64,000 nt of DNA, taken from the NCBI GenBank assembly GCA_965237375.1, contig CBDEFI010000002.1:197499-261498 (forward strand). Reading direction: 5' to 3'. The notes under the pieces were generated by a model. The model saw only the letters and a program-made list of their open reading frames with translations, was not told where the DNA came from and made no database searches. Positions 8,134 to 18,161 of the stretch are shown here, one piece after another. This DNA comes from Acidimicrobiales bacterium. Lineage in GTDB: Bacteria; Actinomycetota; Acidimicrobiia; Acidimicrobiales; CATQHL01. Positions within the stretch are counted from its first letter, which is position 1. Each line of letters begins with the position of its first letter. The position numbers and the translations under genes were made by a program.

Positions 8134-10146
8134 GTGAACCGTCTCGCCGCCGAGGGAAGCCCCTACCTGCGCCAGCACGCCGACAACCCGGTGGACTGGT
8201 ACCCGTGGGGGGACGAGGCCTTCGCCGAGGCACGCCGCGGCGACCGGCCGGTGCTGCTGTCGGTCGGCTACTCCTCGTGCCACTGGTGCCACGTCATGGC
8301 GCACGAATCGTTCGAGGATCCCGCCACGGCGGAGTTGATGAACCGGTTGTTCGTGAACGTCAAGGTGGACCGTGAAGAGCGCCCCGACGTGGACTCCCTG
8401 TACATGGAGGCGGTCACCTCCCTGACCGGTCACGGCGGCTGGCCCATGACCGTCTTCCTGACCCCCGAGGGCGAGCCGTTCTTCGCCGGTACCTACTTCC
8501 CTCCCACGCCTCGCCAGGGGATGCCCTCGTTCGCAGACGTGCTGGAGCGGGTGAGCGAGGCCTGGCACGAACGACGCTCCGACGTCCGCCGACAGGCGCA
8601 GCAGATCACCGAGGCCCTCGACCGCACGGGCCGATTGCCCCTCGCCGACGGCGGCGATCCACCCGACAGTGAGGTTCTGGCGCAAGCTGCAGCAGCGCTG
8701 CGCCACCAGTACGACGCCGCCTGGGGCGGGTTCGGGCGTGCCCCCAAGTTTCCCCAGGCCATGACCCTGGAAGCACTGCTGCGCCACTGGCGGCACTCCG
8801 GCGACGATGACGTCGCCACCATGGTTCTCAACAGCCTGGACTGCATGGCCTCGGGCGGGATCTACGACCATCTCGGAGGCGGATTCTCGCGCTACGCCAC
8901 CGACCAGCGCTGGCTCGTGCCGCACTTCGAGAAGATGCTCTACGACAATGCACTGCTGCTGGGCCTCTACACACACGCCTGGCAGATCACAGCCAAGCCC
9001 CGCTACCGCCAGGTGGTCGACGAGACGGTTGCGTACCTGATGCGTGACCTGCGCCTCGCCGACGGCGGCTTCGCCTCCGCCGAGGACGCCGACTCCGAAG
9101 GCGTCGAGGGCAAGTTCTACGTCTGGAGTATCGACGAGATCCGCGCCACCGTCGGCGACGCCACGGCGGACGCCGTCATCGAGTGGTACGGCGCCGGCGA
9201 GGCCGGCAACTTCGAGGGTGCCAACATCCTCTGGCGACCGGTGCGCGGCGACCTGCTGCGCCCGGCCGAGGTGGAGTCCGCCCGGCGGGCGCTGCTGGAG
9301 ACCCGCTCCGGGCGCGTCCGCCCCGGCCTCGACGACAAGGTGCTGACCGAGTGGAACGGCCTGGCCATCTCCGCACTCGCCCGAGCCGCCGCGGCCACCG
9401 GCAACGCCGCCTGGCTTGCCACCGCGGAGGCCTGCGGAGAGTTCCTGATCGAACATCTGCGACGCCCCGACGGCCGCTGGATGCGCTCCTGGCAGGCAGG
9501 TGACGGCGAACGCCCCGCAGGGGCGCGCCACCTGGCCTGTGGTGCCGACTACGCCGCGCTTCTGGACGCCTTTTGCCGACTCGCCGAGGCCACCGGGCGA
9601 GCGCACTGGATGGACGAGGCCGTCCGCACCGCCGACGACCTGCTGGCGTTGTTCTGGGATCGCGCCGAGGGAGGCATCCTGACCTGCGGGAGCGACGCCG
9701 AACCGCTCGTGGCCACTCCCCGGGACTTCTTCGACAACGCCACACCGTCGGCCAACAGCGCCGCCGCCCTGGGCCTGCTGCGCCTGGGCGCCCTGACGGG
9801 GCGCTCGCACTACACCGAGCGCGCCGCGAACATCTGCGGGATGCTCGGGCCACTGGCAGCCGAGCACCCCAGCGCCTTCGGCAACCTGCTGTGCGCCCTG
9901 GACCTCTACACCACCGGCGCCACCGAGGTGGTCGTCACCGGCGACAGACCGGATCTGGTGGACGTGGTGCAGCGGACATGGCTGCCCAACGGTGTGCTGG
10001 CCTGGGGCGAACCGTACGACTCACCGCTGTGGCACCAGCGCCCGCCGGGGGCCGCCTACGTATGCCGCCGGTACACCTGCGCAGCACCGGCAACCGACGC
10101 CGCCACGCTGCGGGCGCAGCTGGCACCCGGAGGCCATGGCCCCTGA
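8134..10146 (+). CDS. thioredoxin-domain protein, DUF255/YyaL family
   Basis: GTG at 8134 lies in the frame of ORF 7531..10146. [43 protein letters not shown] is the family N-terminus with its CxxC, followed by a long alpha/alpha-toroid-like region. Confidence 0.85.
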   Translation: MNRLAAEGSPYLRQHADNPVDWYPWGDEAFAEARRGDRPVLLSVGYSSCHWCHVMAHESFEDPATAELMNRLFVNVKVDREERPDVDSLYMEAVTSLTGHGGWPMTVFLTPEGEPFFAGTYFPPTPRQGMPSFADVLERVSEAWHERRSDVRRQAQQITEALDRTGRLPLADGGDPPDSEVLAQAAAALRHQYDAAWGGFGRAPKFPQAMTLEALLRHWRHSGDDDVATMVLNSLDCMASGGIYDHLGGGFSRYATDQRWLVPHFEKMLYDNALLLGLYTHAWQITAKPRYRQVVDETVAYLMRDLRLADGGFASAEDADSEGVEGKFYVWSIDEIRATVGDATADAVIEWYGAGEAGNFEGANILWRPVRGDLLRPAEVESARRALLETRSGRVRPGLDDKVLTEWNGLAISALARAAAATGNAAWLATAEACGEFLIEHLRRPDGRWMRSWQAGDGERPAGARHLACGADYAALLDAFCRLAEATGRAHWMDEAVRTADDLLALFWDRAEGGILTCGSDAEPLVATPRDFFDNATPSANSAAALGLLRLGALTGRSHYTERAANICGMLGPLAAEHPSAFGNLLCALDLYTTGATEVVVTGDRPDLVDVVQRTWLPNGVLAWGEPYDSPLWHQRPPGAAYVCRRYTCAAPATDAATLRAQLAPGGHGP

Positions 10147-10150
10147 CGGC

Positions 10151-11356
10151 TCAGGCGGCGGCTCGCTCCAGGATGTGCACGCCGCAGGAGGAGCCCAGTC
10201 CGATGACGTGCGCCAGGCCCACCTTTGCGCCGGGAATCTGGCGATCACCCGCCTCGTCCCGCAGATGGGTGGCGATCTCGTAGAGGTTGGCCACGCCGGT
10301 GGCGCCGATGGGATGGCCCTTGGAGATGAGCCCTCCGGAGACGTTCACCGGCATGGAACCGTCACGGAACGGGGCACCGGAGTCAATGAAGTCGCCGGCC
10401 CCGCCCGGTTCGCAGAGCCGCAGGTTGTCGTAGTGGATGAGTTCGGCTGAGGCGAAACAGTCGTGCAACTCCACCAGGTCGAGATCCTCCGGTCCGACCC
10501 CGGCCTGCTCGTAGGCCGCGTCGGCGGCGTTGCGGGTCAAGGTGTTGACGTCGGGCTGTACCTGCCCGCCCTCGACATAGGGGTCGCTCGTGAGCACCGA
10601 AGCCGAAATCTTCACCGCCCGGCGGCGCTGCTCGGGCGACAGCGTCTTCAGGCGCTCCCCGCTCACCAGCACGGCGGCCGCGGCACCGTCCCCTGTGGGG
10701 CAGCACATCAGCAGCGTGTTCGGGTAGGCCATCATCGGTGACGCCTTGATCTCGTCGAGGCTGAACTCCTTGCGGTACTGCGCCAAGGGATTCAGGACCG
10801 AGTGCTGGTGGTTCTTCTGGGCTATCCGAGCGAACTGATCGAAACCCACGCGGGGGTGGTCGTGGGCGTACCGCATGCCGGCCTGGCCGAAGACGCCGGG
10901 CATGGTCTTGGTGCCCAGGACGCCGTCCACGGACCGCACCGACCCGAAACGGCCCGACGGCTGGTACACCTCAGCGGTTCGACTCCCCTTCGGTTTACTC
11001 GTGAGCAGGCCCATCTTGCCCATCTTCTCGACCCCGAGGGCCATCGCCATCGATGCCTCTCCCGAGCGGATGGCCATGAGGGCGACGCGCACGGCGGTGG
11101 CGCCGGTAGCACAGGCGTTGGCCACGTTGTAGATGCTGATGCCGGTCTGGCCGATCTGGCCCAGCAACTGCTGACCAACACTCGCGTTGGCGGAGAAAAG
11201 CGTGCCGCACGCAAGCACGTCGAGATCGGAGACGGCCACGCCGCCGTCGTCGAGAGCTCCGAGGGCGGCCTCGGCCGCCAAGTCCACGATGTCGAGGCCG
11301 TCGTGGCGGGCGAAACGTGTCATGGACGTTCCCAAAATCCAGACGCTGTCGCTCAT
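10151..11356 (-). CDS. thiolase-fold protein, SCP-x / lipid-transfer (Ltp) type
   Basis: 401 aa with NVANACATG (active-site Cys region) and KGHPIGATG near the C-terminus. AGGAG lies 7 nt upstream of the ATG, and a DUF35 partner gene lies upstream. Confidence 0.85.
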   Translation of the reverse strand: MSDSVWILGTSMTRFARHDGLDIVDLAAEAALGALDDGGVAVSDLDVLACGTLFSANASVGQQLLGQIGQTGISIYNVANACATGATAVRVALMAIRSGEASMAMALGVEKMGKMGLLTSKPKGSRTAEVYQPSGRFGSVRSVDGVLGTKTMPGVFGQAGMRYAHDHPRVGFDQFARIAQKNHQHSVLNPLAQYRKEFSLDEIKASPMMAYPNTLLMCCPTGDGAAAAVLVSGERLKTLSPEQRRRAVKISASVLTSDPYVEGGQVQPDVNTLTRNAADAAYEQAGVGPEDLDLVELHDCFASAELIHYDNLRLCEPGGAGDFIDSGAPFRDGSMPVNVSGGLISKGHPIGATGVANLYEIATHLRDEAGDRQIPGAKVGLAHVIGLGSSCGVHILERAAA

Positions 11357-11435
11357 GTTGGACTCCTGTCGCCGAGTTGATTCGGACGGTTCGATCGGCC
11401 GATGTCGCCGGCCGGGTGCGTGCGCCTCGGGCGTC

Positions 11436-11849
11436 TCACGCCGAATTCGGGGCGAACCCGAAGGCCACGCACTCGGTCCCCTCGCTGTCCGTGCTCACCG
11501 GATAGGTGACGAGCCTCACAGGCATGCCGAGGTGGACGCTGTCGGGGTTGGGCGCCACGTCGCAGAGGTTGGCCCGCACCGTGGTCCCGTCGACGGTCTC
11601 CACGATGGCCGACACGAACGGCACCGGAACGCCGCGGTCGGCTCGGTGCACGATGGAGAAGGAGCGCAGGTGGCCGGTTGTGGCGACGGCGGCAGGGGTA
11701 AAGCCACGGGCACCACACGATCCGCAGGCGTTGCGCCTGTCGAAGAAACGGGCTCCGCAATTCTCACATTCTTGCGCCACGAGGTGCGGCTCGTCACCCA
11801 GGACGAGGTACGAAACCAGGGGGATCTGCTTCGCAGGGTGCTCAGACAT
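11436..11849 (-). CDS. DUF35 OB-fold / zinc-ribbon protein (thiolase partner)
   Basis: ATG at 11849 (MSEHPAK...). It has a rubredoxin-like CENCGARFFDRRNACGSCG followed by an OB-fold-like region. This is the typical genetic partner of SCP-x thiolases. Confidence 0.8.
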   Translation of the reverse strand: MSEHPAKQIPLVSYLVLGDEPHLVAQECENCGARFFDRRNACGSCGARGFTPAAVATTGHLRSFSIVHRADRGVPVPFVSAIVETVDGTTVRANLCDVAPNPDSVHLGMPVRLVTYPVSTDSEGTECVAFGFAPNSA

Positions 11850-11886
11850 CGACACGTCCAGGTCGCCGGCGCGGACGCGGAGAACC

Positions 11887-12513
11887 CTAGCGCTCGGCGC
11901 CTTCCCAACGGCCCCAGTGCAGCACGTCGGTTGTCTCCCGCCAACCGCGGGCCAGCGAGCCACTGGGCCGGTCGGGGGCCGGCCGGCCCAATGCCACCGC
12001 CCCCAGGAGTTCCACCCCCTCGGGCACGTCCAACCAGGAGCGCACCTGTTCGGCGCCGGAGAAAAGGCCGAAGAAGAGCGCGCCGAGCCCACGATCGGTG
12101 GCGGCCAGCAGCAGGTTCTGTACCACGAAGGCGCAGTCGATCAGCCAGTAGGGCACGGGCCAGGCTTCCGGGGACTCGCCCAGGTCTGCATTCCGCGGGC
12201 CGCCGATCTTGTCGCGCTCGCGGTAGCGGGCCAGGTAGCGGCGGCTGTCGGCTGCGGGCAACACCAGCACAGGTGCCTGCAGCAGTCCCGGCCAGGCAAA
12301 GCCGTCGCGTCGCGCCGCAGGCAAGGTGAGGTCCCAGAAACCCCCCACCGCCTCGGGTGTGTCCAGGATGATCAACTCGGCACCCTGAGCGAACCCCGCC
12401 GAGGGAGCCCGACGGGCAAGGCTGCACAACTCGACCAGCAGAGGGCGTTCCAGGGAACGGGGGTCGAAACTCCTCGTCATCCGGCGGGCGCCCAGAACCT
12501 CCGTGAAGTCCAC
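11887..12513 (-). CDS. nitroreductase-family protein
   Basis: GTG start. The N-terminal VLGARRMTRSF matches the family RRS.R.F motif, and the 208 aa length fits. Confidence 0.75.
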   Translation of the reverse strand: MDFTEVLGARRMTRSFDPRSLERPLLVELCSLARRAPSAGFAQGAELIILDTPEAVGGFWDLTLPAARRDGFAWPGLLQAPVLVLPAADSRRYLARYRERDKIGGPRNADLGESPEAWPVPYWLIDCAFVVQNLLLAATDRGLGALFFGLFSGAEQVRSWLDVPEGVELLGAVALGRPAPDRPSGSLARGWRETTDVLHWGRWEGAER

Positions 12514-12563
12514 GAGGGTTCCCGTTCCGCCGCCGGTCCACCGAGCGGGCCCGGGGCGCCGGC

Positions 12564-13283
12564 TCAGCTGCTGTACTTCGCCAGACGGCCCGCCGTGGCC
12601 CAGGCGACGGCTACGAGCGAGTCGCCCCGCTCCTGGCGCAGCGGATCGAAGAAAGCGGCCAGAGCCGGGTCGGTCCTGTCGGGGCGCAGGGACTCGTGGT
12701 CCAGAACCGCCGGTTGCCCACCGTCGCCGGTGGCGATGAAGGAGCGCGCGTTGTAGACGCTGTTGCCGATCCGGTAGCGCTTGGCCAGGCGCCTTCCCCA
12801 GGCACGCTCCTCGCCGTTGGCTTCGTGGGCGGATCGAGGGATGATGTCGCTCAACACCTTGAAAGCCTCGAAACCGGACGGATCGTTCACGCGGATACCC
12901 ATCAGCACGTCCTCGTCGGGGAACGCCATCACGGCCCGGTGGAGCTGTTCGGCCACGAGAGCCTGCAGCACCGTGCTGCGACGGGCCGTCCGCGCCACAG
13001 CACCGGCACCGACAATGACGACCGGCGTGCCGCCGATGCGCTCCAGGGTGGAGAAGGCGAACCCTCGCAGGCGGTTGCCCTCACGGGCCTCGGTCAGCAG
13101 CACCCACAGCTCGGTCTGCTTGGACAGGAAGCCCACGGAGAACGGGTTCGACCCCTCGGCACAGAGGTCCGCCATGTCTTCCAGTTCGGCGTCGCTAACC
13201 GCCGTGCAGTCCCTGCTCTCGACCTCAACTGCCATTGTCGCCGCCCTGTCCCCTCGCTCTGGAGTCGCCGTCGTGGCCACCAC
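12564..13283 (-). CDS. hypothetical protein (possibly an acyltransferase-like fold)
   Basis: A 239-aa ORF with host-like codon bias fills the gap between the nitroreductase gene and dnaE. I recognise no motif, and the start could be the internal ATG at 13235. Confidence 0.45.
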   Translation of the reverse strand: MVATTATPERGDRAATMAVEVESRDCTAVSDAELEDMADLCAEGSNPFSVGFLSKQTELWVLLTEAREGNRLRGFAFSTLERIGGTPVVIVGAGAVARTARRSTVLQALVAEQLHRAVMAFPDEDVLMGIRVNDPSGFEAFKVLSDIIPRSAHEANGEERAWGRRLAKRYRIGNSVYNARSFIATGDGGQPAVLDHESLRPDRTDPALAAFFDPLRQERGDSLVAVAWATAGRLAKYSS

Positions 13284-13342
13284 GGACGCGCACTAGTCCA
13301 GTGTGCCCGAAGCCAAAGTGCAAACCGACCCGGCGCAGCGAC

Positions 13343-16300
13343 TCAGACCTGCACGGCTTGGCTCCCCAGAAGCTGGCGCAACTCGGCCACGAGACCGTTC
13401 TCGGTGCTCACGCTGTACTCCGTCGGCAATTGCACGAGAACCTTGTCGCCCACCAGGATTTCCACCGGCTCGTTGCCGCCGTGTTCGGCCAGAAGCCGCT
13501 TGAGATGCGCCAGCCGGTCCGCTCCGAATCCCGCCGGTGGGCAATGCAGTCGGAGCGCCCCGCGGGTCTCCGGAGCGAAGGACTCGAGTTCGATACTGAT
13601 CAGCTTGGGCTCATCCTCCCGGCGGTCGAGACGGGCTTTCAGGATCACGACCTCCTCGTCCACCAGCAACGGATCCTGTTCCTCCATGGCCTTGGGAAAC
13701 ACCGTGACGGGAATCAGCCCGGTGCGGTCGTCCAGCATGAACGTGGCCATCGGCGCCCCTTTGCGGGTGTGCCGACGCGTCACAGAGGTGATCGCGCCCG
13801 CCAAGGTCACAACGGTGCCGTCGGCCAGTTCGGTCAGGTCGCCCACGCTGTGCTGGCGCCGTCCGCTGAGCAGGCGATCAAGACCGGCAAGGGGGTGGTC
13901 GCTGATGTACAGGCCCAGCATCTCCTTCTCGTCGGCCAGCAAACGCTCGCGCGTGGCGTGCAGATCCGGGACATCCGGCCGGTCGCTGTAACCGGTGTCG
14001 ACCCCGGTGTCTCCGAACAGATTCATAACACCAGCCTCGCGGTCGCGCCGCGCCGCCATGGCCGCATCGATGATCCGGTTGCACACGGTGAGCAGCCCCC
14101 GCCGGGGATGGCCGAGGGAGTCGAAGGCTCCGGCCCCGATCAGGGAAGCGACGGTGCGCTTGTTCAACACGGACGGATCGACGCGGTCGCAGAAGTCGCC
14201 GAAATTGGCGAAGGGCCCCCCGGACGCTCGTTCGGCAATGATGTGCGCCGCGTCGCCCTCGCCCACGTTGCGTACGGCGGCGAGCCCGAACACGATACGA
14301 CCCCGCTCGGGCGCGTCCGGGTCCAGCACCGGCGTGAAGTCCGACAGCGACTCGTTGACGTCGGGAACCTGCACGTCGATGTCCCGCGTGCGGCACTCCA
14401 GCAGGAACGGCGTGAGGCGCTCCATCTTGTCCTTGACGCTGGTCAGCAGGGCGGCCATGTACTCCACGGGGTAGTTCGCCTTCAGGTAGGCCGTCTGGTA
14501 GGCCAGCAGCCCGTAGGCGTAGGAATGGCTCTTGTTGAACGCGTAGTCGGCAAAGGGCTCGATCTGGTTCCACCATCTCTCGCCCACCCGCTTCCCGTAG
14601 CCGGTGGCGATGCAGCCGTCGATGAACTTCTCCCGCTCCTCGGCCATCTTCTCGCGGATCTTCTTGCCGCACGCCTTGCGCAGGTTGTCGGCCTCCTCAA
14701 GGTTGTAGCCGGCGAACTGCTGGGCGATCCGCATCATGGATTCCTGGTAGATCATGAGCCCGTAGGTGCCGGAAAGGATCTCCGCCGCGTCGGGGTGAAG
14801 CAGCGCCACCTCCTCCCGCCCCATCTTGCGGTCGGCGTAGGCAACGTGCATCTTGTCCTTCATGGGGCCCGGCCGGTAGAGCGCCACCAGGGCCGAGACG
14901 TCGTCGATATTGCTGGGCAGCAGGGAGCGCAGCAGGGCGCGCACCGGCGGGCTCTCCAGTTGGAAGATGCCGGTGGTGTCGCCGCGCTGCAGCATCTCGT
15001 AGGTGCGGCCGTCATCGAGGGGCAGCGCATCGATGTCCAACTCGAGGCCACGCAGGCGCGCCACGTGGGCGGCGGTGTCGGTGATGACGTCCAGGGTGCG
15101 AAGGCCCAGGAAGTCCATCTTGAGCAGGCCCAGATCTTCCACGACGTCCATGTCGTACTGGGTGACGATGGGGGCCTCCTCGACCGCTTGCTTGTCCCCG
15201 GCCTTCCGCTGGATGGGCAGGTGATCGGTGAGAGGATCGGGCGAGATCACCACGGCAGCGGCGTGGATGCCGTCCTGGCGGCGCAGCCCTTCGAGGCCCA
15301 GCGCCACGTCCACGACCTCGCGGACTTGGGCGTCCTCTGCGTACATGGTGCGCAACTCCGCTGCCAGGTCGTAGCCGGCGGCGTAGACCTCCTCGCGCTC
15401 CAGGCAGGCCTTCAGCGGGGTGGTTCGCCCCATGATCGGCTCGGGAACGGCCTTGGCGATCCTGTCCCCCACCGCGTAGGGATGATCCAGCACCCGTGCC
15501 GCGTCGCGCACCGCGGCCCGCCCCTTGATGGTGGAGAAGGTGATGATCTGCGCCACGTGGTCCCGCCCGTAGCGCTCGGCGGCGTAGCGAATGAGGTCGT
15601 CGCGGTAACGGGAGTCGAAGTCCATGTCGATGTCGGGCATCTGCCGGCGGCCGGGATTCAGGAAACGTTCGAACAGCAGGTCGTGGCGCAACGGGTCGAG
15701 ACTGGTGATTTCCAGGCAGTAGGAGACCGCGCAGCCGGCAGCGCTGCCACGCCCCGGGCCCACTCTGATGTCCTCGGAGCGGGCGTAGCGGATGAGATCC
15801 CAAACGATCAGGAAGTAGGAGGCGAAGCCCATCTCGGAGATGACCCGCAGTTCGTAGGCCAAGCGGTCGGCGGTGGCGTCGGGTAGCGGATCACCCCAAC
15901 GGCGATGTGCGCCTTCCAGCGTCAGGTGGTTGAGATAGTCGTCCGCGGTGTCGAATCCCTCCGGCAGGGGGAAGCGGGGCAGCTTGACGTCCCCGAAGGC
16001 GATCTCGACGTTGCAGCGCTCGGCCACGGCCAGCGTGCTGTCGCAGGCCTCGGGTAGCTCGGCGAACAGCGAGCGCATCTCTGCCGCCGTCTTGAGGTAG
16101 TGGTCGTCACCCTCGAAGCGCAGCCTGTCGGGGTTGTTGCGGACGGTCCCGGTCTGGACGCACAGCAGCGCGTCGTGGGCGAGGGCGCCGGCGCGGTGGG
16201 TGTAGTGGCTGTCGTTGGTGGCGAGCAGCGACAGATCCAGCTTCTTTGCGATGTCCAACAGTTGCGGCAGGATGCGCTGCTGGTCGGCGATGCCGTGGTC

Positions 16301-16873
16301 CTGGAGCTCCACGAACAGGTTCCGCTGCCCGAAGATGTCCCGGAGGCGTCCGGCGTGCGCCAGCGCCTCATCGAAGTTGTCGCGCACCAGCGCCTGGCAC
16401 ACGTGGCTGCCGAGACAGCCGGTACTGGCAAGGAGCCCGGATGCGTGCTCGGCGAGCACCTCCCAGTCCACCTTGGGCTTGTAGTAGTAGCCCTCGAGGA
16501 AAGCGCGGCTGGAAAGCTTGATGAGGTTTCGGTAGCCGGTCTCGTTCTCCGCCAGCAGGGTCAGGTGGTAGTAGAGCTTGTGTCCGGTGGACGTCTCGCC
16601 GCCGGCGTCGTCCACGCGCCCCCGGCGCGCCGGCCGCTCCCGCCGGTCCTGGTGCGCCATGTACGCCTCGATGCCCAAGATGGGTTTGACACCCTGGGCG
16701 TGGCAGGCCTTGTAGAAGGGAACGATCCCGTACATGTTGCCGTGGTCGGTGATGCCCAGGGCGCTCTGGCCGTCGGCTGCGGCCGCCGCCACCAACTCGT
16801 CGACGCGCGAGGCGCCGTCGAGCATGGAGTACTCGGTATGGACATGCAGGTGTGCGAAGGAGTTGCTCACCAT
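13343..16873 (-). CDS. dnaE: DNA polymerase III alpha subunit
   Basis: 1176 aa with a PHP-domain N-terminus FAHLHVHTEYSMLDGA and full-length family similarity. The normal length leaves no room for an intein. Confidence 0.97.
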   Translation of the reverse strand: MVSNSFAHLHVHTEYSMLDGASRVDELVAAAAADGQSALGITDHGNMYGIVPFYKACHAQGVKPILGIEAYMAHQDRRERPARRGRVDDAGGETSTGHKLYYHLTLLAENETGYRNLIKLSSRAFLEGYYYKPKVDWEVLAEHASGLLASTGCLGSHVCQALVRDNFDEALAHAGRLRDIFGQRNLFVELQDHGIADQQRILPQLLDIAKKLDLSLLATNDSHYTHRAGALAHDALLCVQTGTVRNNPDRLRFEGDDHYLKTAAEMRSLFAELPEACDSTLAVAERCNVEIAFGDVKLPRFPLPEGFDTADDYLNHLTLEGAHRRWGDPLPDATADRLAYELRVISEMGFASYFLIVWDLIRYARSEDIRVGPGRGSAAGCAVSYCLEITSLDPLRHDLLFERFLNPGRRQMPDIDMDFDSRYRDDLIRYAAERYGRDHVAQIITFSTIKGRAAVRDAARVLDHPYAVGDRIAKAVPEPIMGRTTPLKACLEREEVYAAGYDLAAELRTMYAEDAQVREVVDVALGLEGLRRQDGIHAAAVVISPDPLTDHLPIQRKAGDKQAVEEAPIVTQYDMDVVEDLGLLKMDFLGLRTLDVITDTAAHVARLRGLELDIDALPLDDGRTYEMLQRGDTTGIFQLESPPVRALLRSLLPSNIDDVSALVALYRPGPMKDKMHVAYADRKMGREEVALLHPDAAEILSGTYGLMIYQESMMRIAQQFAGYNLEEADNLRKACGKKIREKMAEEREKFIDGCIATGYGKRVGERWWNQIEPFADYAFNKSHSYAYGLLAYQTAYLKANYPVEYMAALLTSVKDKMERLTPFLLECRTRDIDVQVPDVNESLSDFTPVLDPDAPERGRIVFGLAAVRNVGEGDAAHIIAERASGGPFANFGDFCDRVDPSVLNKRTVASLIGAGAFDSLGHPRRGLLTVCNRIIDAAMAARRDREAGVMNLFGDTGVDTGYSDRPDVPDLHATRERLLADEKEMLGLYISDHPLAGLDRLLSGRRQHSVGDLTELADGTVVTLAGAITSVTRRHTRKGAPMATFMLDDRTGLIPVTVFPKAMEEQDPLLVDEEVVILKARLDRREDEPKLISIELESFAPETRGALRLHCPPAGFGADRLAHLKRLLAEHGGNEPVEILVGDKVLVQLPTEYSVSTENGLVAELRQLLGSQAVQV

Positions 16874-17082
16874 TTCCCTCGCCGTTCGCTCCCAGCCTTC
16901 CCCACCTTGTCCCTACCTCCCTGTGGACAAATAACACGACTGTGTTTTCTGAAGGGACCATAGCCCGAACCAGGGTCCGTTGCAGCCCTGCAGGCGTACG
17001 GCGCAACGTGGGCGGAGATCCGGCCCCGACGGTCGTCGGAGCGACGTTCAGGACCGGAACGGCGGGGCCAGGTGCCGGGAGT

Positions 17083-17589
17083 TCAGAGGTAGGTGCCGGG
17101 GCGCTCGTCGACAACGGGGCCGGCCGGGTCGCCGCTGAACGGCGGAAGCTGACCGCGCATGTCCGCCAACTGCCGGCGGGCCAATACCTGCTGTGCATAC
17201 AAGGTGGCCTGGATGCCCTGGATAAGGCCTTCCAACCATCCCACCACTTGTGCCTTGGCCACGCGCAACTCGCCTTCGCTGGGAACCTCGGCCTCAGGGA
17301 AGGGTTGTGCCAGACGTGCCAATTCGTCGCGCAGATCCGCCGAGAGCGCCGAGCCCAGTTCCTGCAGGGAGATCTCGTAGATGTCCCGCAACCGGTCGCG
17401 GCTGCGCTCATCGAGAGGCGCCTCGCGAACCTCTTGCAACAGGCCGCGCAGCATGGCGCCGACACGCATGACCTTGGCAGGCTGCTCGATGGCGTCACCG
17501 GTGGATCGTTCGGCCTCGGCGTCCGGCGCCGCGACGATCTCGGCCTGCTCGGGTGCGATTGGCGGTACCGGGGGGGTGCTGTCAGGCAT
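17083..17589 (-). CDS. bpa: bacterial proteasome activator (Bpa/PafE family)
   Basis: EQPAKVMRVGAMLRGLLQEVREAPLDE...AQVVGWLEGLIQGIQATLYAQQ closely parallels M. tuberculosis Bpa as I recall it. It ends in GTYL, where Mtb has the GQYL proteasome-docking motif. Confidence 0.85.
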   Translation of the reverse strand: MPDSTPPVPPIAPEQAEIVAAPDAEAERSTGDAIEQPAKVMRVGAMLRGLLQEVREAPLDERSRDRLRDIYEISLQELGSALSADLRDELARLAQPFPEAEVPSEGELRVAKAQVVGWLEGLIQGIQATLYAQQVLARRQLADMRGQLPPFSGDPAGPVVDERPGTYL

Positions 17590-17687
17590 GGCGGGGTCTC
17601 CGAGGTCTCAGCGGGTCCGGTGCGTGGGTCTGACGTTACCGGCGCCGCAACAGCCATGCGCGGCCGAAACGTCGTACGCTCGCAATC

Positions 17688-18161
17688 GTGAAGGTCTCCA
17701 CCAGGGCCGACTACGCCAGCCGCGCGCTGCTTTCTCTCACCCTGCACGAGGCCGAAACCCCCCAGTCGGCTCGCGACATCGCCGATCGCACGGGCCTGCC
17801 GCAGCCCTACCTCGAACAGATACTGCTGGCCCTCAAGGGGGCCGGCCTGGTCCTGTCCAAGCGCGGCGTAGGGGGTGGTTACCGCCTGGCCCGCCCACCG
17901 GCGGAGATCTTTTTGAGCGAGATCGTGAGTGCCGTCGAGGCCCCGATAGTGGCGGATGAGTTCGGAGAGCCCCACAAGGACGGTGCCTGCGACCACGAGG
18001 GCCAATGCGTCCTGCTGGCGGTGTGGGCTTCGGTAGGGTTACAGATGCGCCGACTGCTGTCCTCCTTCACGCTGGCTGACATCGCCGCCATGGCCGGCGG
18101 CCAACTCTCCTGGCCCGACGAGGTACCCCTGGCGCAGGACCGGAGAACCGAAGCGGACTAG
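17688..18161 (+). CDS. Rrf2-family transcriptional regulator
   Basis: GTG start. KVSTRADYASRALLSLT and a winged helix ARDIADRTGLPQPYLEQILLALKGAGLVLSKRGVGGGYRLAR, with a single Cys-containing stretch (DGACDHEGQC). Confidence 0.85.
   Translation: MKVSTRADYASRALLSLTLHEAETPQSARDIADRTGLPQPYLEQILLALKGAGLVLSKRGVGGGYRLARPPAEIFLSEIVSAVEAPIVADEFGEPHKDGACDHEGQCVLLAVWASVGLQMRRLLSSFTLADIAAMAGGQLSWPDEVPLAQDRRTEAD

Noticed and set aside
8044-9867. N-terminal ~600 aa of the 910-aa ORF 7135..9867
   Set aside because: Only the C-terminal ~300 aa (menA) look like a real protein. The upstream part is antisense to the well-supported DUF255 thioredoxin-like gene and has low-complexity Gly/Ala/Arg/Val composition.
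13235-15886. 883-aa plus-strand ORF
   Set aside because: It is antisense to dnaE, has no motifs, and is rich in Gly/Arg/His/Val/Asp. It is a shadow ORF.
16368-18005. 545-aa minus-strand ORF spanning the dnaE 5' end, bpa and rrf2
   Set aside because: It runs in alternate frames across three independently supported genes and an intergenic region, and its composition is Arg/Pro/Ser-rich.
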